DNA from: Micrococcales bacterium
GTDB taxonomy: Bacteria; Actinomycetota; Actinomycetes; S36-B12; UBA10799
Assembly: GCA_016719135.1 (NCBI GenBank)
Contig: JADKAV010000028.1
Location: 3,351 to 67,350 of the forward strand
DNA length: 64,000 bases
Direction: 5' to 3'
The position numbers and the translations under genes are program-made. Positions within the stretch are counted from its first letter, which is position 1. Each line of letters starts with the position of its first letter. Positions 32,787 through 43,900 of this stretch are shown here, one piece after another. The notes under the pieces are model-generated. The model was not told where the DNA came from, ran no database searches, and saw only the letters and a list, made by a program, of their open reading frames with translations.

Positions 32787-33866
32787 CTACCAGAGCACGT
32801 CCTGGTTCTCCACGACGCCTGGCATGCCGTCGACCTCAAGGGTCTGTCCGGCGACCTTGACGCTTCCGCGGAACTCGCCGACCGGTTGCAGGAAGTGGCT
32901 GCGGACCAACCCCAGGTTCAAAGACTCCCGGTGAACGCCGATCGGCGTGAACTCGAGATCCACGGCAGCGTCAGAGGTCGTGATGTGCCACGCCTTCTCC
33001 GGCGCCGCCGGGTCGTAGCTGATCTGCGCGTCGGGGTCGATGGCGTGCAGCGTTCCGTCCAACCACACGGAGTTCTCCCGGGCGCGGGCCTGCAGACCCG
33101 AGAAATCAGCGGAGAGGTTGAGCCCGAACAGGCGATCGTCGGCCAGATGGCCTGTGAGGTACGCCCATCGCCACTGGGTGTGGCGGGGGAGGAAACCACT
33201 GGTGTAGTCGAAACCACCGACCGCGTCGGCGAAATCGAAGGCGTGCAGCAGTCCGGCATGGCGGATCACGACGCGGCCGTTGACCGGTAACGCGGCGTTC
33301 TTACCGGTGGTGGACACCGCAGGCGGATCCGTGTCGAGGTCCGAGATGACTGTCAGTGGGGGCTGAGCGGTGATGTCGAAGTGCAGATCGAGTTCAACCG
33401 CCGGCGCGCCGATCGCCGGGAGGCCGACCGGGGAGCCGATCTTGGCGCGCACGGACAGGATGCCGTCGACCGTCTTCATCGACACGTCCGATCCGGGCAT
33501 GCGGTAGCGGCTGCGGTGCCCCTCTCCGGGGTGCGCGTTGACGGAGACCATCGGGCGGGTCCCGCCCGGACGGCTGATGTCGGCCAGCAGGTGCCCGGTA
33601 CGCCGATCGGCCACGGTCAGAAAAGTGGTGCCAGTAGGTCCGGCATCGACGATCGCGGCCGTGACCAGGATCTCCTCGTTCGCGGCGAACGTGTACATCC
33701 AGCGCTTGTGGCGAAGGAAGCCCGCTATCTGGCGTTGTCCTGGCAGGCCCTCGGCCCCGGGGGGTTGCAGAACGGGTGTCAGACCGACGTAGTCACCGAA
33801 GCGGGGACCGTCGGGGCCCATGACCTGCATGGGAGCGGTGTGCCGGATGGTCGTGGGTTCAGCCAT
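32787..33866 (-). CDS. DUF2804 family protein
   Basis: 359 aa. WRWAYLTGHL...FGLNLSADFSG...ENSVWLDGTLHAI...VDLEFTPIGVH...GVVENQDVLW matches my recollection of DUF2804. The function is unknown. Confidence 0.55.
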   Translation of the reverse strand: MAEPTTIRHTAPMQVMGPDGPRFGDYVGLTPVLQPPGAEGLPGQRQIAGFLRHKRWMYTFAANEEILVTAAIVDAGPTGTTFLTVADRRTGHLLADISRPGGTRPMVSVNAHPGEGHRSRYRMPGSDVSMKTVDGILSVRAKIGSPVGLPAIGAPAVELDLHFDITAQPPLTVISDLDTDPPAVSTTGKNAALPVNGRVVIRHAGLLHAFDFADAVGGFDYTSGFLPRHTQWRWAYLTGHLADDRLFGLNLSADFSGLQARARENSVWLDGTLHAIDPDAQISYDPAAPEKAWHITTSDAAVDLEFTPIGVHRESLNLGLVRSHFLQPVGEFRGSVKVAGQTLEVDGMPGVVENQDVLW

Positions 33867-33888
33867 GACTCAAACCTAGCCATGGCGT

Positions 33889-34794
33889 TCAGCGCAGTGG
33901 TTCGCGCATGAGAACTTCTTGCGCCGCCGACGAGACCAAGGTTCCGTCCGGTTTGTAGAACTGGCCGGTGGCGAATCCGTGGCCGCCGCCCGACACCGGG
34001 CTCGCGGTCACGAACAACAACCAATCGTCGGCGCGGAACGGCTCGTGGAACCACATGGCGTGATCCAGCGATGCGATGTCGAGGTCCGCCCGGCCGAAGT
34101 AGCCGCCGTGGTGCCCAAGCACCGTTCCCACCAACGTGAGATCGGAGAAGTAGGTCATGGCGCACACGTGGAACAGCGAGGGATCCGGCAGTTTCTGACC
34201 GGCCCGGACCCAGGCCATCCGGTCGAACCTGCCCTGGGAGATCCGTTCCACGTCTTCAGCGTCCACGTACCGGATGTCCACGAAGTCGTGTTCGGGCAGC
34301 CCGTCGTTGCCTTGCTCACCGGTTTGCCGCAGACGATCGAGGATGACCGCCTGCGAGAGTCCAGCCGGATCCGGGACCTGCGTCATCCAGTGCTGGTCGG
34401 GGAACGGGCTCACATAATGGCTGGGGCCGGACTGTTGTTGGGCGTAGGACGCGGACATGGTGAAGATCGTCTTGCCGTACTGCACCGCGCGCACCCGCCT
34501 GGTGGAGAACGATCGGCCGTCGCGAGGCCGGTCGACCATGTACACGATGTGGTCAGTGGTTGAGCCCGCGCGCAGGAAGTACGCGTGCAGCGAATGCACG
34601 ACGCGACCGGGCTGTTCAACCGTGGTTCCGGCCGCCACGAGGGCTTGGGCCGCCACTTGTCCGCCGAACGCCCGCAGCGGGGATCCGGCGTGGCACCAGC
34701 CGGTGAAGATGTCGCGGTCGATGCGGTGCAGCGTGAGTCTTTCGAGGAATCCACTGTCCGGCGGCGGGCTGTCGCCGAGGTCCACAACGGTCAC
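33889..34794 (-). CDS. tesB: acyl-CoA thioesterase II
   Basis: Double hot-dog fold: FGGQVAAQAL...HSLHAYFLRAG...DRPRDGRSFSTRRVRAVQYGKTIFTMSASY...SLDHAMWFH. Confidence 0.85.
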   Translation of the reverse strand: MTVVDLGDSPPPDSGFLERLTLHRIDRDIFTGWCHAGSPLRAFGGQVAAQALVAAGTTVEQPGRVVHSLHAYFLRAGSTTDHIVYMVDRPRDGRSFSTRRVRAVQYGKTIFTMSASYAQQQSGPSHYVSPFPDQHWMTQVPDPAGLSQAVILDRLRQTGEQGNDGLPEHDFVDIRYVDAEDVERISQGRFDRMAWVRAGQKLPDPSLFHVCAMTYFSDLTLVGTVLGHHGGYFGRADLDIASLDHAMWFHEPFRADDWLLFVTASPVSGGGHGFATGQFYKPDGTLVSSAAQEVLMREPLR

Positions 34795-34812
34795 GGTGTT
34801 CAGGCTATTCGT

Positions 34813-35330
34813 GGCCAGGGTCTGCTCGCCCGGTGACGACGAATGACCCGGTTGTTGGATGGCCTGTTGGTTGCGGATGACCCGTTGGTTGATCGATGAC
34901 CCGTTGGTTGCCGGATAGCCCGTTCTTTACGGGTCAACGGGCAACTGCTGGGCTATCTCGCGATCTGAGATGACCGTGGCGGGTTGTCGCCGTGGTCCAC
35001 GAAGGTTGCAAGGTGCGGGCTTTGCGCGGTGAGGGTCTGCTCGCCTGGTGAGGGCCAAATAGCCCACTGGTTGCTGGATGACCCGTTGGTTGCCGGATAG
35101 CCCGTTCCTTACGGGTCAACGGGTAACTACCGGGCTATCTCGCGATCTGAGATGACCGTGGCGGGTTGTCGCCGTGGTCCACGAAGGTTGCAGGGTGCGG
35201 GCTATGCGCGGTGAGGGCCAAATAGCCCGCTGGTTGCTGGATGACCCGTTGGTTGCCGGATAGCCCGTTCTTTACGGGTCAACGGGCAACTACCGGGCCA
35301 TCTCGCGATCCAAGACGACCATGGCGGGCT
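34813..35330. repeat. tandem repeat with units of 182 nt (34895-35076) and 163 nt (35077-35239), a partial third unit and degenerate leading copies, all with nested palindromes
   Basis: The units start with GATGACCCGTTGGTTGCCGGATAGCCCG and are about 95% identical. The first carries a 19-nt internal duplication. Intergenic between the CDF gene and tesB. Confidence 0.9.
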
Positions 35331-35376
35331 CGCAGGCGCAACTGGCACGGTCCCACCGCGGTATCCAGCGGCTGTC

Positions 35377-36288
35377 CTACGCGTGCGCCCCCGGTTCATG
35401 CCCGGCATGGTCGGCCGGTTCCACCTGGAACGTCGTGTGCTCGATGTCGAAACAACGTTTCGCGCACCCCTGCAACTGATCCAGCATCGACGACGGTCCG
35501 CACTGGTCGAGCGTTGAGCGATCCACCACGACGTGTGCGGTGAGCGCCGGGACGCCTGAGGTGATGGTCCACACATGCACGTCGTGCACATCGACGACCC
35601 CTGGCACCTCGGCCAAGTGCGTGCGCACGTCGGCGACATCGAGGTCGTCGGGCGCCGCCTCCATGAGGATCCGCAGTGCGTCGCGCAGCAGGCGCAGCGA
35701 ACGGGGGAGGATCAGTGCCGCCACAACCAGGCCTGCCACCGGATCGGCGCGCTCCCAGCCGGTCAACACGATCACCGCACCGGCCGCGACCACAGCGGCC
35801 GACCCCAGCAGGTCGCCCAGCACCTCCAGGTAGGCCCCGCGCACGTTGATCGACTCGTCCTTGCCGGCGGTCAGGATCCGCAGCGACACGAAGTTCGCCA
35901 CCATGCCGACGACCGCGACGGCGAGCATGACGCCGGCTTCCACCGGTTGGGGGTCGATCAGCCTCTTGACGGCTTCGATGGCCACGAAGGCGCCGACCCC
36001 GATGAGCAGCAGGGCGTTGAAGGCGGCGGCGATCACCTCCAGGCGCATCCACCCGAACGTTCTGCGGTAATTCGGCGGGCGCTGGGCTGCGGTCGCCGCT
36101 ACCAGCGCGAAGGCCACGCCGAACATGTCCGTGAAGACATGGCCGGCATCGGCAAGCAGCGCCAGTGAGCCGGTCACCAGCGCGCCGACCAGTTCCATCA
36201 GGAACACTGCCGCGGCGATCGCCAGCGCGATGGCCAGCCGTGCGCGGTGCTTCCCGCCGGCGGTGACGACGCCGTGATCGTGGCCCAT
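35377..36288 (-). CDS. cation diffusion facilitator family transporter (Zn/Co/Cd efflux)
   Basis: MGHDHG..., TGSLALLADAGHVFTDM in TM2, and a His-rich C-terminus (HAGHEPGAHA). Confidence 0.85.
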   Translation of the reverse strand: MGHDHGVVTAGGKHRARLAIALAIAAAVFLMELVGALVTGSLALLADAGHVFTDMFGVAFALVAATAAQRPPNYRRTFGWMRLEVIAAAFNALLLIGVGAFVAIEAVKRLIDPQPVEAGVMLAVAVVGMVANFVSLRILTAGKDESINVRGAYLEVLGDLLGSAAVVAAGAVIVLTGWERADPVAGLVVAALILPRSLRLLRDALRILMEAAPDDLDVADVRTHLAEVPGVVDVHDVHVWTITSGVPALTAHVVVDRSTLDQCGPSSMLDQLQGCAKRCFDIEHTTFQVEPADHAGHEPGAHA

Positions 36289-36430
36289 GGCCTCCAGTGT
36301 GACGCACCTGCGCGGATATGTGCCTCACGCGTAACCTCGGATGGTCACGCATGGTGTCATCGGCGCACCTCACGCGCCGAAAGGTCCCCACGGGCCAGTA
36401 GGCTGCCCGTAGAGGCAAGGAGGATTCCCG

Positions 36431-36988
36431 GTGATCGACGACATCCTGCTCGAAGCAGAAGACAAGATGGAGAAGGCGATCGCGGTTGCCCGCGAGGACT
36501 TCTCCACGCTGCGCACCGGCCGGGTGAACCCGGCGATGTTCTCCAAGATCAATGTGGACTACTACGGTGCCCCGACACCGCTGAACCAGTTGGCCTCCTT
36601 CCACGCCGCCGACGCACGCATGATGCTCATCACGCCGTTCGACAGGGGATCGACCAACGCCGTCGAGAAGGCCATCCGCGATTCAGATCTGGGCGTGAAT
36701 CCCAGCACCGACGGCAACGTCATCCGGGTCGTCCTGCCGCAGTTGACCGAGGACCGCCGCAAGGAGTACATCAAGGTGGCCCGGCACAAGGCTGAGGACG
36801 CGCGGATCAGTATCCGCAGCGTACGGCGCACGGCCAAAGAGTCGTTGGAGAAGCTCAAGAAGGATGGGGATGTCGGCGAGGACGAGGTCAAGCGCGCGCT
36901 GACCCACCTCGAGGAGATCACGCACGAGCAGGTTGCGCACGTCGATGAGATCCTCAAACACAAAGAGGAAGAGCTGCTCGAGGTCTGA
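36431..36988 (+). CDS. frr: ribosome recycling factor
   Basis: The GTG is preceded by AAGGAGG. AREDFSTLRTGRVNPAMF...ITPFD...LTEDRRKEYIK. Confidence 0.9.
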   Translation: MIDDILLEAEDKMEKAIAVAREDFSTLRTGRVNPAMFSKINVDYYGAPTPLNQLASFHAADARMMLITPFDRGSTNAVEKAIRDSDLGVNPSTDGNVIRVVLPQLTEDRRKEYIKVARHKAEDARISIRSVRRTAKESLEKLKKDGDVGEDEVKRALTHLEEITHEQVAHVDEILKHKEEELLEV

Positions 36989-37830
36989 TGAGCAGCCCCG
37001 ACGCGGCGTCCGCTCCGCCGTCCACCAGTCGCGCGGGTCGCAACCTCCCGGTGGCGATCGCAGTCGGCCTGGCCCTCGGGGCGATGATCGTGCTGTCGCT
37101 GATCTTCAACAAGTACCTGTTCGCCGTGGTCGTGACGGTGGCGATGCTGATCGCCGTATGGGAACTGCACGGAGCCTTTCTGCACAACGACATCCGGGTG
37201 GCGCGCAGTCCGCTCTACTTGACCGCGTTGGCGGGACCGACTCTCGCGTATTTGTACGGCGTTCCGGCGCACATCGCAGTGTTCGGGACGTTCGTGGTGG
37301 TCGCGCTCGCGTGGCGCATCCGACGCGGTACCGACGGGTTCGTCAAAGACGCAACCGCCTCACTGTTCGTCGGCTTCTATCTGTTGTTCATGGTCGGCTT
37401 CGTGATGCTGATGCTCCGCGAGGACGACGGGGTGACCAGGATCGTGGCATTCATTGCGATCACCGTCTGCAACGACGTGGGCGGGTACTTCGCCGGCGTC
37501 CTGTTCGGTAAACACCCGATCGCCCCGCAGGTCAGTCCCAAGAAGTCCTGGGAGGGATTCGCCGGGTCGGTGGCGCTGTCGGTGGCCGTGGCGATCCCGA
37601 TCTTCATCATCGGATTCGATGCCCCGTGGTGGCAAGGTCTGGTCTTCGGGTTGATCATGCCCATCACCGCGACGGTCGGCGACTTCGTGGAGTCCGCTGT
37701 GAAGCGCGACCTCGACGTCAAGGACATGTCGAACATCGTTCCCGGGCACGGCGGGCTGATGGACCGGCTCGACTCGCTGATCCCCAATGCGTTCGTCGCC
37801 TGGGCCCTGCTCGGTTGGTTCATCGGATGA
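36988..37830 (+). CDS. cdsA: phosphatidate cytidylyltransferase
   Basis: Polytopic membrane protein with the C-terminal signature [12 protein letters not shown]...[16 protein letters not shown]...[11 protein letters not shown]. Confidence 0.9.
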   Translation: MSSPDAASAPPSTSRAGRNLPVAIAVGLALGAMIVLSLIFNKYLFAVVVTVAMLIAVWELHGAFLHNDIRVARSPLYLTALAGPTLAYLYGVPAHIAVFGTFVVVALAWRIRRGTDGFVKDATASLFVGFYLLFMVGFVMLMLREDDGVTRIVAFIAITVCNDVGGYFAGVLFGKHPIAPQVSPKKSWEGFAGSVALSVAVAIPIFIIGFDAPWWQGLVFGLIMPITATVGDFVESAVKRDLDVKDMSNIVPGHGGLMDRLDSLIPNAFVAWALLGWFIG

Positions 37831-38921
37831 CTTCCTTGCCGTTGGTGATGCAGGCACCGCGCCGTGGCAAGCCCCCGCAGCATCTGTTGGACCTCGACCT
37901 CCCCGCGCGCAGGCAGGCCGTCACCGCGCTGGGCAGTGCGGCCTTCCGCGCGGCGCAGTTGAGCCGACAGGTCGTCGTGCGACACGTCGACTCGGTGGAC
38001 GAATGCACCGACCTCGGTGATGCGGATCGTGAGCGGCTCGCGCCGTTGTTGCCAACCTTGCTGACTGCGTCGAAGGTGCAGACCTGCGACGGGGACGCCA
38101 CCCGCAAGACGCTGTGGAAGTTGCACGACGGCGCATTGGTCGAATCGGTTCTCATGCGCTACCCGAAGCGGGTCACGCTGTGCCTGTCATCGCAGGCGGG
38201 CTGCGGTATGGCATGTCCGTTCTGCGCGACGGGTCAGGGCGGATTGCAGCGCAACTTGAGTGTGGCTGAGATCCTCGAACAGGTCCGGGTGGCTGCCCGC
38301 GACGCGCAATCCGGTGTTCTCGGCGACACGGCCCGCTTGTCCAATGTCGTGTTCATGGGTATGGGCGAACCGTTGGCGAACTACAGCACGGTGGTCACGG
38401 CGGTCCGCCGGATGATCGCGCAGCCGCTGGAGGGTTTCGGTCTGAGCGCACGCGGGGTCACCGTCTCCACCGTGGGGCTGGTGCCGCAGATCCGGCGTCT
38501 GGCCGACGAACAGATGCCGGTCACGCTCGCGGTTTCGCTGCATGCCCCGGATGACGAGCTGCGCAACACGTTGGTCCCCATCAACACCCGCTGGTCGGTG
38601 GGCGAGGTGCTGGACTCGGCGTGGGAATACGCAGACAAGACCCGCCGGCGGGTGAGCATCGAGTACGCGCTCATCCGCGACATCAACGACCAGGACTGGC
38701 GCGCCGACCTGCTCGGTGATCTGCTGCAGGGCCGTCTCGTGCATGTCAACGTCATCCCGTTGAATCCCACGCCCGGGACTCAGTGGACCGCTTCGTCGCC
38801 CGAGCAGGAGGAGTCGTTCGTCGAGCACCTGCGAGCCAAGGGCGTGGCGGTCACCGTGCGTGATACGCGTGGGCGTGAGATCGACGGCGCCTGCGGACAG
38901 TTGGCGGCGTCGGAAACGTGA
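37827..38921 (+). CDS. rlmN: 23S rRNA (adenine2503-C2)-methyltransferase RlmN
   Basis: Radical SAM motif [16 protein letters not shown] and [13 protein letters not shown] overlap with cdsA. Confidence 0.9.
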   Translation: MTSLPLVMQAPRRGKPPQHLLDLDLPARRQAVTALGSAAFRAAQLSRQVVVRHVDSVDECTDLGDADRERLAPLLPTLLTASKVQTCDGDATRKTLWKLHDGALVESVLMRYPKRVTLCLSSQAGCGMACPFCATGQGGLQRNLSVAEILEQVRVAARDAQSGVLGDTARLSNVVFMGMGEPLANYSTVVTAVRRMIAQPLEGFGLSARGVTVSTVGLVPQIRRLADEQMPVTLAVSLHAPDDELRNTLVPINTRWSVGEVLDSAWEYADKTRRRVSIEYALIRDINDQDWRADLLGDLLQGRLVHVNVIPLNPTPGTQWTASSPEQEESFVEHLRAKGVAVTVRDTRGREIDGACGQLAASET

Positions 38922-40078
38922 TGCCACGCGACGTCGTCATCCTGGGTAGCACCGGGTCAATCGGAACGCAGGCCCTGGACGTGATCCGGCGCAATCCTGG
39001 CCGATTCCGGGTGGTCGGGCTCGCGGCTGGCGGCTCGGATGTCGCCGCACTGGCTGCGCAGGTGGACGAGTTCTCCGTGGCGCACGTAGCGGTCGCGGAC
39101 CCGACTGCGGCCGATGCCCTGACGGCCACCGGCGCCACTGTCCATACGGGTCCGGACGCTGCCACCGAAGTGGCGGGCCTGGACGTCCACACGGTGCTCA
39201 ACGGCATCACTGGCGCCGTTGGACTGCGACCCACCCTCGCCGCATTGGAAGCCGGGAGCGTTTTGGCACTTGCCAACAAGGAGTCGCTGATCATCGGCGG
39301 GCAGTTGGTGACCGCGGTGGCCCGACCCGGACAGATCGTGCCGGTGGACAGCGAGCATTCGGCAATGGCCCAATGTCTGCGTTCGGGACGCGCCGAGGAG
39401 GTGCGCAAACTCATCCTCACCGCCAGTGGTGGACCGTTCCGTGGACGCGCGCGCGACCAGTTGCAGTCGGTGACGCTGGAGCAGGCGCTCGCGCATCCGA
39501 CCTGGGACATGGGCCCGGTGGTCACCATCAACTCGGCCACGCTGATGAACAAGGGACTGGAGTTGATCGAGGCGCATCTGCTCTTCGGGGTACCGCTGGA
39601 TGCCATCGAGGTGGTCGTGCATCCCCAGTCGATCGTGCATTCCATGGTCGAGTTCGTCGACGGCAGTACCATCGCGCAGGCCAGCCCGCCCGACATGCGG
39701 CTGCCGATCGCACTAGGCATGGCCTGGCCGGACAGGGTTCCAGATGCCGCGCCCGCCTGTGACTGGAGTAGCGCGGCGACCTGGGAGTTCTTCCCGCTGG
39801 ACGATGAGGCCTTCCCGGCGGTCGGGCTCGCCTCCCGAGCGGCTGCGGCCGGCGGCATAGCCCCGGCGGTGCTCAACGCTGCCAACGAACAGGCGGTTGC
39901 GGCCTTCCGCGAGGCCCGGATCGGGTTCCTCGGGATCACCGAACTGGTCGATCGGGTGATGCAGGAAACCCTCCCCTCTGGCGCGAACAGGGGGAACCGG
40001 GTGACACTGGAAGACGTCCTGGATGCAGACGCCTGGGCACGTGGGCTGGTTCGAGGACTGATCGAGGAGGACGTATGA
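38918..40078 (+). CDS. dxr: 1-deoxy-D-xylulose-5-phosphate reductoisomerase
   Basis: [17 protein letters not shown]...LANKESL...DSEHSA...HPTWDMG. Confidence 0.9.
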   Translation: MMPRDVVILGSTGSIGTQALDVIRRNPGRFRVVGLAAGGSDVAALAAQVDEFSVAHVAVADPTAADALTATGATVHTGPDAATEVAGLDVHTVLNGITGAVGLRPTLAALEAGSVLALANKESLIIGGQLVTAVARPGQIVPVDSEHSAMAQCLRSGRAEEVRKLILTASGGPFRGRARDQLQSVTLEQALAHPTWDMGPVVTINSATLMNKGLELIEAHLLFGVPLDAIEVVVHPQSIVHSMVEFVDGSTIAQASPPDMRLPIALGMAWPDRVPDAAPACDWSSAATWEFFPLDDEAFPAVGLASRAAAAGGIAPAVLNAANEQAVAAFREARIGFLGITELVDRVMQETLPSGANRGNRVTLEDVLDADAWARGLVRGLIEEDV

Positions 40079-41352
40079 CGCTGATCGGGATTCTCGCGCT
40101 GGTCGTGGCGCTGGTCATCTCGATCGCGCTGCACGAGGTCGGCCACATGGTGCCGGCCAAGAAATTCGGGGTCAAGGTCACCCAGTACATGGTCGGCTTC
40201 GGCCCCACGATCTGGTCGACGAAGAAGGGTGACACCGAATACGGCGCCAAGGCAGTCCTGCTCGGCGGCTACATCCGGATGATCGGCATGTTCCCTCCCG
40301 GCCCCGACGGCAAGATCAAAGCAAGCAGCACCGGCCGGCTCGGGACTCTGATCGAACAGGCCCGCGAGGAGTCCGCGGCCGAGATCATGGAGCCGGGCGA
40401 CGAGAAGCGGACGTTCTACAACCTCTCCGTGCCGAAGAAGCTCGTGGTGATGCTCGGCGGACCCACCATGAACCTGCTGATCGCCTTGGTCCTGTTCACC
40501 GTGGTGTTCGCCGGATTCGGCACACCGACGCCCAGCACAACGGTGTCCACGGTCACCGCGTGTGTTCCGACCGCCGCCGACCCCGAAGGAACCTGCGTGG
40601 CGGGGTCGGGGACACCCACCGGTGCCGCTGCGGCCGGGCTGCAAACCGGCGACCAGATCGTGGCCTGGGATGCGGTGCCCGTGTCCGACTGGCCCATCCT
40701 CAGCCAGGCCATCCGTGACTCCCAGCCCGGCAACCATGAGGTCACGGTCGTGCGCGACGGCCGTGAGATCACGTTGGAAGTTCCCCTCACCTCCATTGAC
40801 GGTGCGATGCTCGGCGACGCCGCACAAACTCGCGGATTCTTGGGCGTTTCCCCGGTCGTGGAACTGGAACCGCTGTCGATCTCCGCGGTACCCGGGGAAA
40901 TGTGGGACATTTCGGTGAGGTCCGGCCAGGCTTTGCTGTCATTCCCAGCCAAGATGGTCGGGTTGACCGAAGCCGCCTTCACCGATCAGGCGCGCGATCC
41001 CGAAGGCCCGGTCGGCGTGGTCGGGGTGTCCCGGATCAGCGGTGAGGTAGCCGCGGCCGACGCGCCACCCAGCTGGCGCATCGCGCAATTCCTGGCCATC
41101 GTCGCCTCGTTGAACCTGTTCCTGTTCCTGTTCAACCTGCTGCCCGTCCTGCCGCTCGACGGCGGGCATGTGGCCGGCGCGCTGTACGAAGGGGGTCGTC
41201 GGCAAGTGGCCCGTTTCCGGGGCCGGCCCGACCCCGGACCGGTCGACGTGGCACGGATGTTACCCGTGGCATACACCGTGGCTTTGGTGCTCGTAGCGAT
41301 GAGCGTGATCATTCTGTGGGCCGACATCGTCAAGCCGATCCGCCTGGGGTAG
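40075..41352 (+). CDS. M50 family site-2 zinc metalloprotease (RseP/Rip1-like)
   Basis: [13 protein letters not shown] (HExxH) in TM1, a central PDZ-like region, and C-terminal [12 protein letters not shown]. Confidence 0.85.
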   Translation: MTLIGILALVVALVISIALHEVGHMVPAKKFGVKVTQYMVGFGPTIWSTKKGDTEYGAKAVLLGGYIRMIGMFPPGPDGKIKASSTGRLGTLIEQAREESAAEIMEPGDEKRTFYNLSVPKKLVVMLGGPTMNLLIALVLFTVVFAGFGTPTPSTTVSTVTACVPTAADPEGTCVAGSGTPTGAAAAGLQTGDQIVAWDAVPVSDWPILSQAIRDSQPGNHEVTVVRDGREITLEVPLTSIDGAMLGDAAQTRGFLGVSPVVELEPLSISAVPGEMWDISVRSGQALLSFPAKMVGLTEAAFTDQARDPEGPVGVVGVSRISGEVAAADAPPSWRIAQFLAIVASLNLFLFLFNLLPVLPLDGGHVAGALYEGGRRQVARFRGRPDPGPVDVARMLPVAYTVALVLVAMSVIILWADIVKPIRLG

Positions 41353-41407
41353 GTCGAGGGTTCGGGGAGTCTGGGTTCCGACGCTGCGCGTCCGCCACGA
41401 AGTCACG

Positions 41408-41725
41408 CCCGCGCAACCGTTGGAGTTGGGTACATCCGTTGGAGTCAGGTACATCGGTTGGAGTCCCGCGGTCCGTGCAACTCCAACGCCTGTACCTAAG
41501 TCCAACGCCTGTGCCTGACTCCAACGGGGATGGACTTGGAGACCGGATCCCGGCCGTGCCTGCACCCCCGCGCAACCGTTGGAGTTGGGTACATCCGTTG
41601 GAGTCAGGTACATCGGTTGGAGTCCCGCGGTCCGTGCGACTCCAACGCGTGTACCTAAGTCCAACGCCCGTGCCTGACTCCAACGGGGATGGACTTGGAG
41701 ACCGGATCCCGGCCGTGCCTGCAGC
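41408..41725. repeat. two tandem 159-bp copies of a composite palindromic element (3 x GTTGGAG sub-repeats, a loop, then 3 x CTCCAAC sub-repeats, plus a tail)
   Basis: GCGCAACCGT recurs at 41411 and 41570, giving a 159-nt period. The copies are nearly identical. Intergenic between the M50 protease gene and ispG. Confidence 0.9.
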
Positions 41726-41797
41726 CCTCGAACGCTCGTTGGAGTTCTGCCAGCCGCAGTCGAATGCGTGATTGACGTCATGCGCGATACTTGAGAT

Positions 41798-42952
41798 ATG
41801 ACCGTTTCGTTGGGAATGCCTGCTGGACCGCCGCCGACACTGGCACCGCGCAGGAAGACCCGCAAGATCACCCTTCGACACCCGAACCACCCGGTGGAGG
41901 TCGGTGGGGATGCGCCGGTGAGCGTGCAATCGATGACCACGACGCTGACTTCTGACGTCAACGCGACGCTGCAGCAGATCGCCGAGCTCACGGCGTCGGG
42001 TTGCCAGGTGGTCCGGGTGGCGGTGCCCAGCCAGGACGACGCCGAGGCGCTGCCCATCATCGCCAAGAAGGCGGATATCCCGGTCATCGCCGACATCCAC
42101 TTCCAGCCCAAGTACGTATTCGCCGCGATCGACGCCGGATGCGCAGGCGTGCGGGTCAACCCCGGCAACATCAAGGCCTTCGACGACCGGGTGGGTGAGA
42201 TCGCACGCGCCGCCGGTGATGCCGGAGTGCCCATCCGCATCGGGGTCAACGCCGGATCGCTGGACAAACGTCTGCTCGAGAAGTACGGCAAGGCCACCCC
42301 GGAAGCGCTGGTGGAAAGTGCCCTGTGGGAGGCGTCGTTGTTCGAGGAACACGACTTCCGCGACATCAAGATTTCCGTGAAGCACCACGATCCGGTGGTC
42401 ATGGTGCAGGCCTACCGGCAGCTGTCCGCGGCCTGCGATTACCCGTTGCACCTCGGTGTCACCGAAGCGGGCCCGGCCTTCCAGGGGACCATCAAATCCG
42501 CGGTCGCCTTCGGGGCGCTGCTGGGCGAGGGGATCGGCGACACGATTCGAGTCTCCCTGTCGGCGCCGCCGGTCGAAGAGGTGAAGGTCGGACTGCAGAT
42601 CCTCGAATCGCTCAACCTGCGCGAGCGCGGGCTGGAGATCGTCTCCTGTCCGAGTTGTGGCCGGGCGCAAGTGGATGTGTACACGCTGGCCGAGCAGGTC
42701 ACCGCAGGGCTGCAGGGACTGGAGGTTCCGCTGCGGGTCGCGGTCATGGGATGTGTCGTCAACGGTCCGGGGGAGGCTCGCGAGGCTGATCTCGGCGTGG
42801 CCAGCGGCAACGGCAAGGGCCAGATCTTCGTCAAGGGAGAGGTCATCAAGACCGTGCCTGAGGCCGCGATCGTCGAGACGCTGATCGAAGAGGCCATGCG
42901 GCTCGCGGAGTCCATGGAAAGTGCAGGCGATCCCACCGTTTCGGTCGGGTGA
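41798..42952 (+). CDS. ispG: 4-hydroxy-3-methylbut-2-en-1-yl diphosphate synthase
   Basis: VSVQSMTTT...RVAVP...RVNPGN...SCPSCGR. Confidence 0.9.
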   Translation: MTVSLGMPAGPPPTLAPRRKTRKITLRHPNHPVEVGGDAPVSVQSMTTTLTSDVNATLQQIAELTASGCQVVRVAVPSQDDAEALPIIAKKADIPVIADIHFQPKYVFAAIDAGCAGVRVNPGNIKAFDDRVGEIARAAGDAGVPIRIGVNAGSLDKRLLEKYGKATPEALVESALWEASLFEEHDFRDIKISVKHHDPVVMVQAYRQLSAACDYPLHLGVTEAGPAFQGTIKSAVAFGALLGEGIGDTIRVSLSAPPVEEVKVGLQILESLNLRERGLEIVSCPSCGRAQVDVYTLAEQVTAGLQGLEVPLRVAVMGCVVNGPGEAREADLGVASGNGKGQIFVKGEVIKTVPEAAIVETLIEEAMRLAESMESAGDPTVSVG

Positions 42953-43782
42953 CCGCGTCGGTCCGGCTGCTGGCGGGCGGGGACGCACCCGCCCTGCGGC
43001 ACCTGTTGCGTTCCGACCCCGTGTCGTACGCGATGGTGTCCGAGCGCACGCAGATGACCGGTATCGGGTCCGCGCTGGGGGCCGAGGTGTGGGGATGGTT
43101 CCCCGAAGGACAGCTCAGCGCCGCGCTCTACCTCGGTTCGAACGTGGTCCCCATTGCCGCCGATCTCGAAGCCGCCCACGCCTTCGCCACGCGGGCACGC
43201 CTGTCGCCGCGGCGATGCTCGTCGATCGTCGGCCCGGCAGCGGCAGCGCTCGCCTTCTTCGAGCAGGTCGAGCAGTCGTGGGGTCCGGCCCGACTGGTCC
43301 GGCCACACCAGCCGATGCTGGTCATCGACACGGGACCGAAGGTGGCCTCGGATCCGCGCGTGCGCCCCGCGACCATGGATGACATCGACCTCCTGTTTCC
43401 GGCGTCGGTGGCGATGTTCACCGAGGAACTCGGAGTCAGCCCGTTGACACCCGATGGCGGGGCTGCCTATCGACGCCGGGTCGCCCAACTCATCCGGCAG
43501 GGCCGGTCCCTGCTCGTGATCGACGACTCACAGGTGTTGTTCAAGGCCGAAGTAGGGGTGGTCGCCGATGGCGTCGCGCAGATCCAGGGTGTCTGGGTCG
43601 ACCCGTCGCATCGAGGGCAGCACGTGTCGGAACCGGCGATGGCTGCGGTGGTGAATCTGGCCCAGCAGCACTTCGCACCGACGGTGAGCCTCTACGTCAA
43701 CGACTTCAACCACGCAGCGCTGGCCTCTTATCGTCGGGTGGGTTTCAAGCAGGTCGGTGAGTTCGCGACGGTGTTGTTCTAG
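42949..43782 (+). CDS. GNAT family N-acetyltransferase (two-domain type found next to ispG in actinobacteria)
   Basis: C-terminal GNAT core [24 protein letters not shown]...[17 protein letters not shown] overlap with ispG. Confidence 0.7.
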   Translation: MTASVRLLAGGDAPALRHLLRSDPVSYAMVSERTQMTGIGSALGAEVWGWFPEGQLSAALYLGSNVVPIAADLEAAHAFATRARLSPRRCSSIVGPAAAALAFFEQVEQSWGPARLVRPHQPMLVIDTGPKVASDPRVRPATMDDIDLLFPASVAMFTEELGVSPLTPDGGAAYRRRVAQLIRQGRSLLVIDDSQVLFKAEVGVVADGVAQIQGVWVDPSHRGQHVSEPAMAAVVNLAQQHFAPTVSLYVNDFNHAALASYRRVGFKQVGEFATVLF

Positions 43783-43900
43783 GTTTGCAGCTCGGCCCCG
43801 ACGCCCGCCAATCCGCCCGTCCTGCCGATCCGCCGGCGGCCGGCGTGTGCGGATGCGAGCGTCGATGAACTCGTGGCCTACGCTTGCACCCGTGCTGAGA

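Noticed and set aside
34813-35330. CRISPR array as an explanation for this repeat and for the repeat at 41408-41725.
   Set aside because: The units are 159-182 nt and directly abutting, with no unique spacers. The internal structure is palindromic sub-repeats, and there are no cas genes in the window.
41316-41771. A 151-aa ORF spanning the 159-bp repeats. The period is a multiple of 3 and gives a duplicated 53-aa segment.
   Set aside because: The sequence is a nucleic-acid palindrome that is open in several frames. There is no RBS and no protein-like composition, so the 3n period is probably coincidental.
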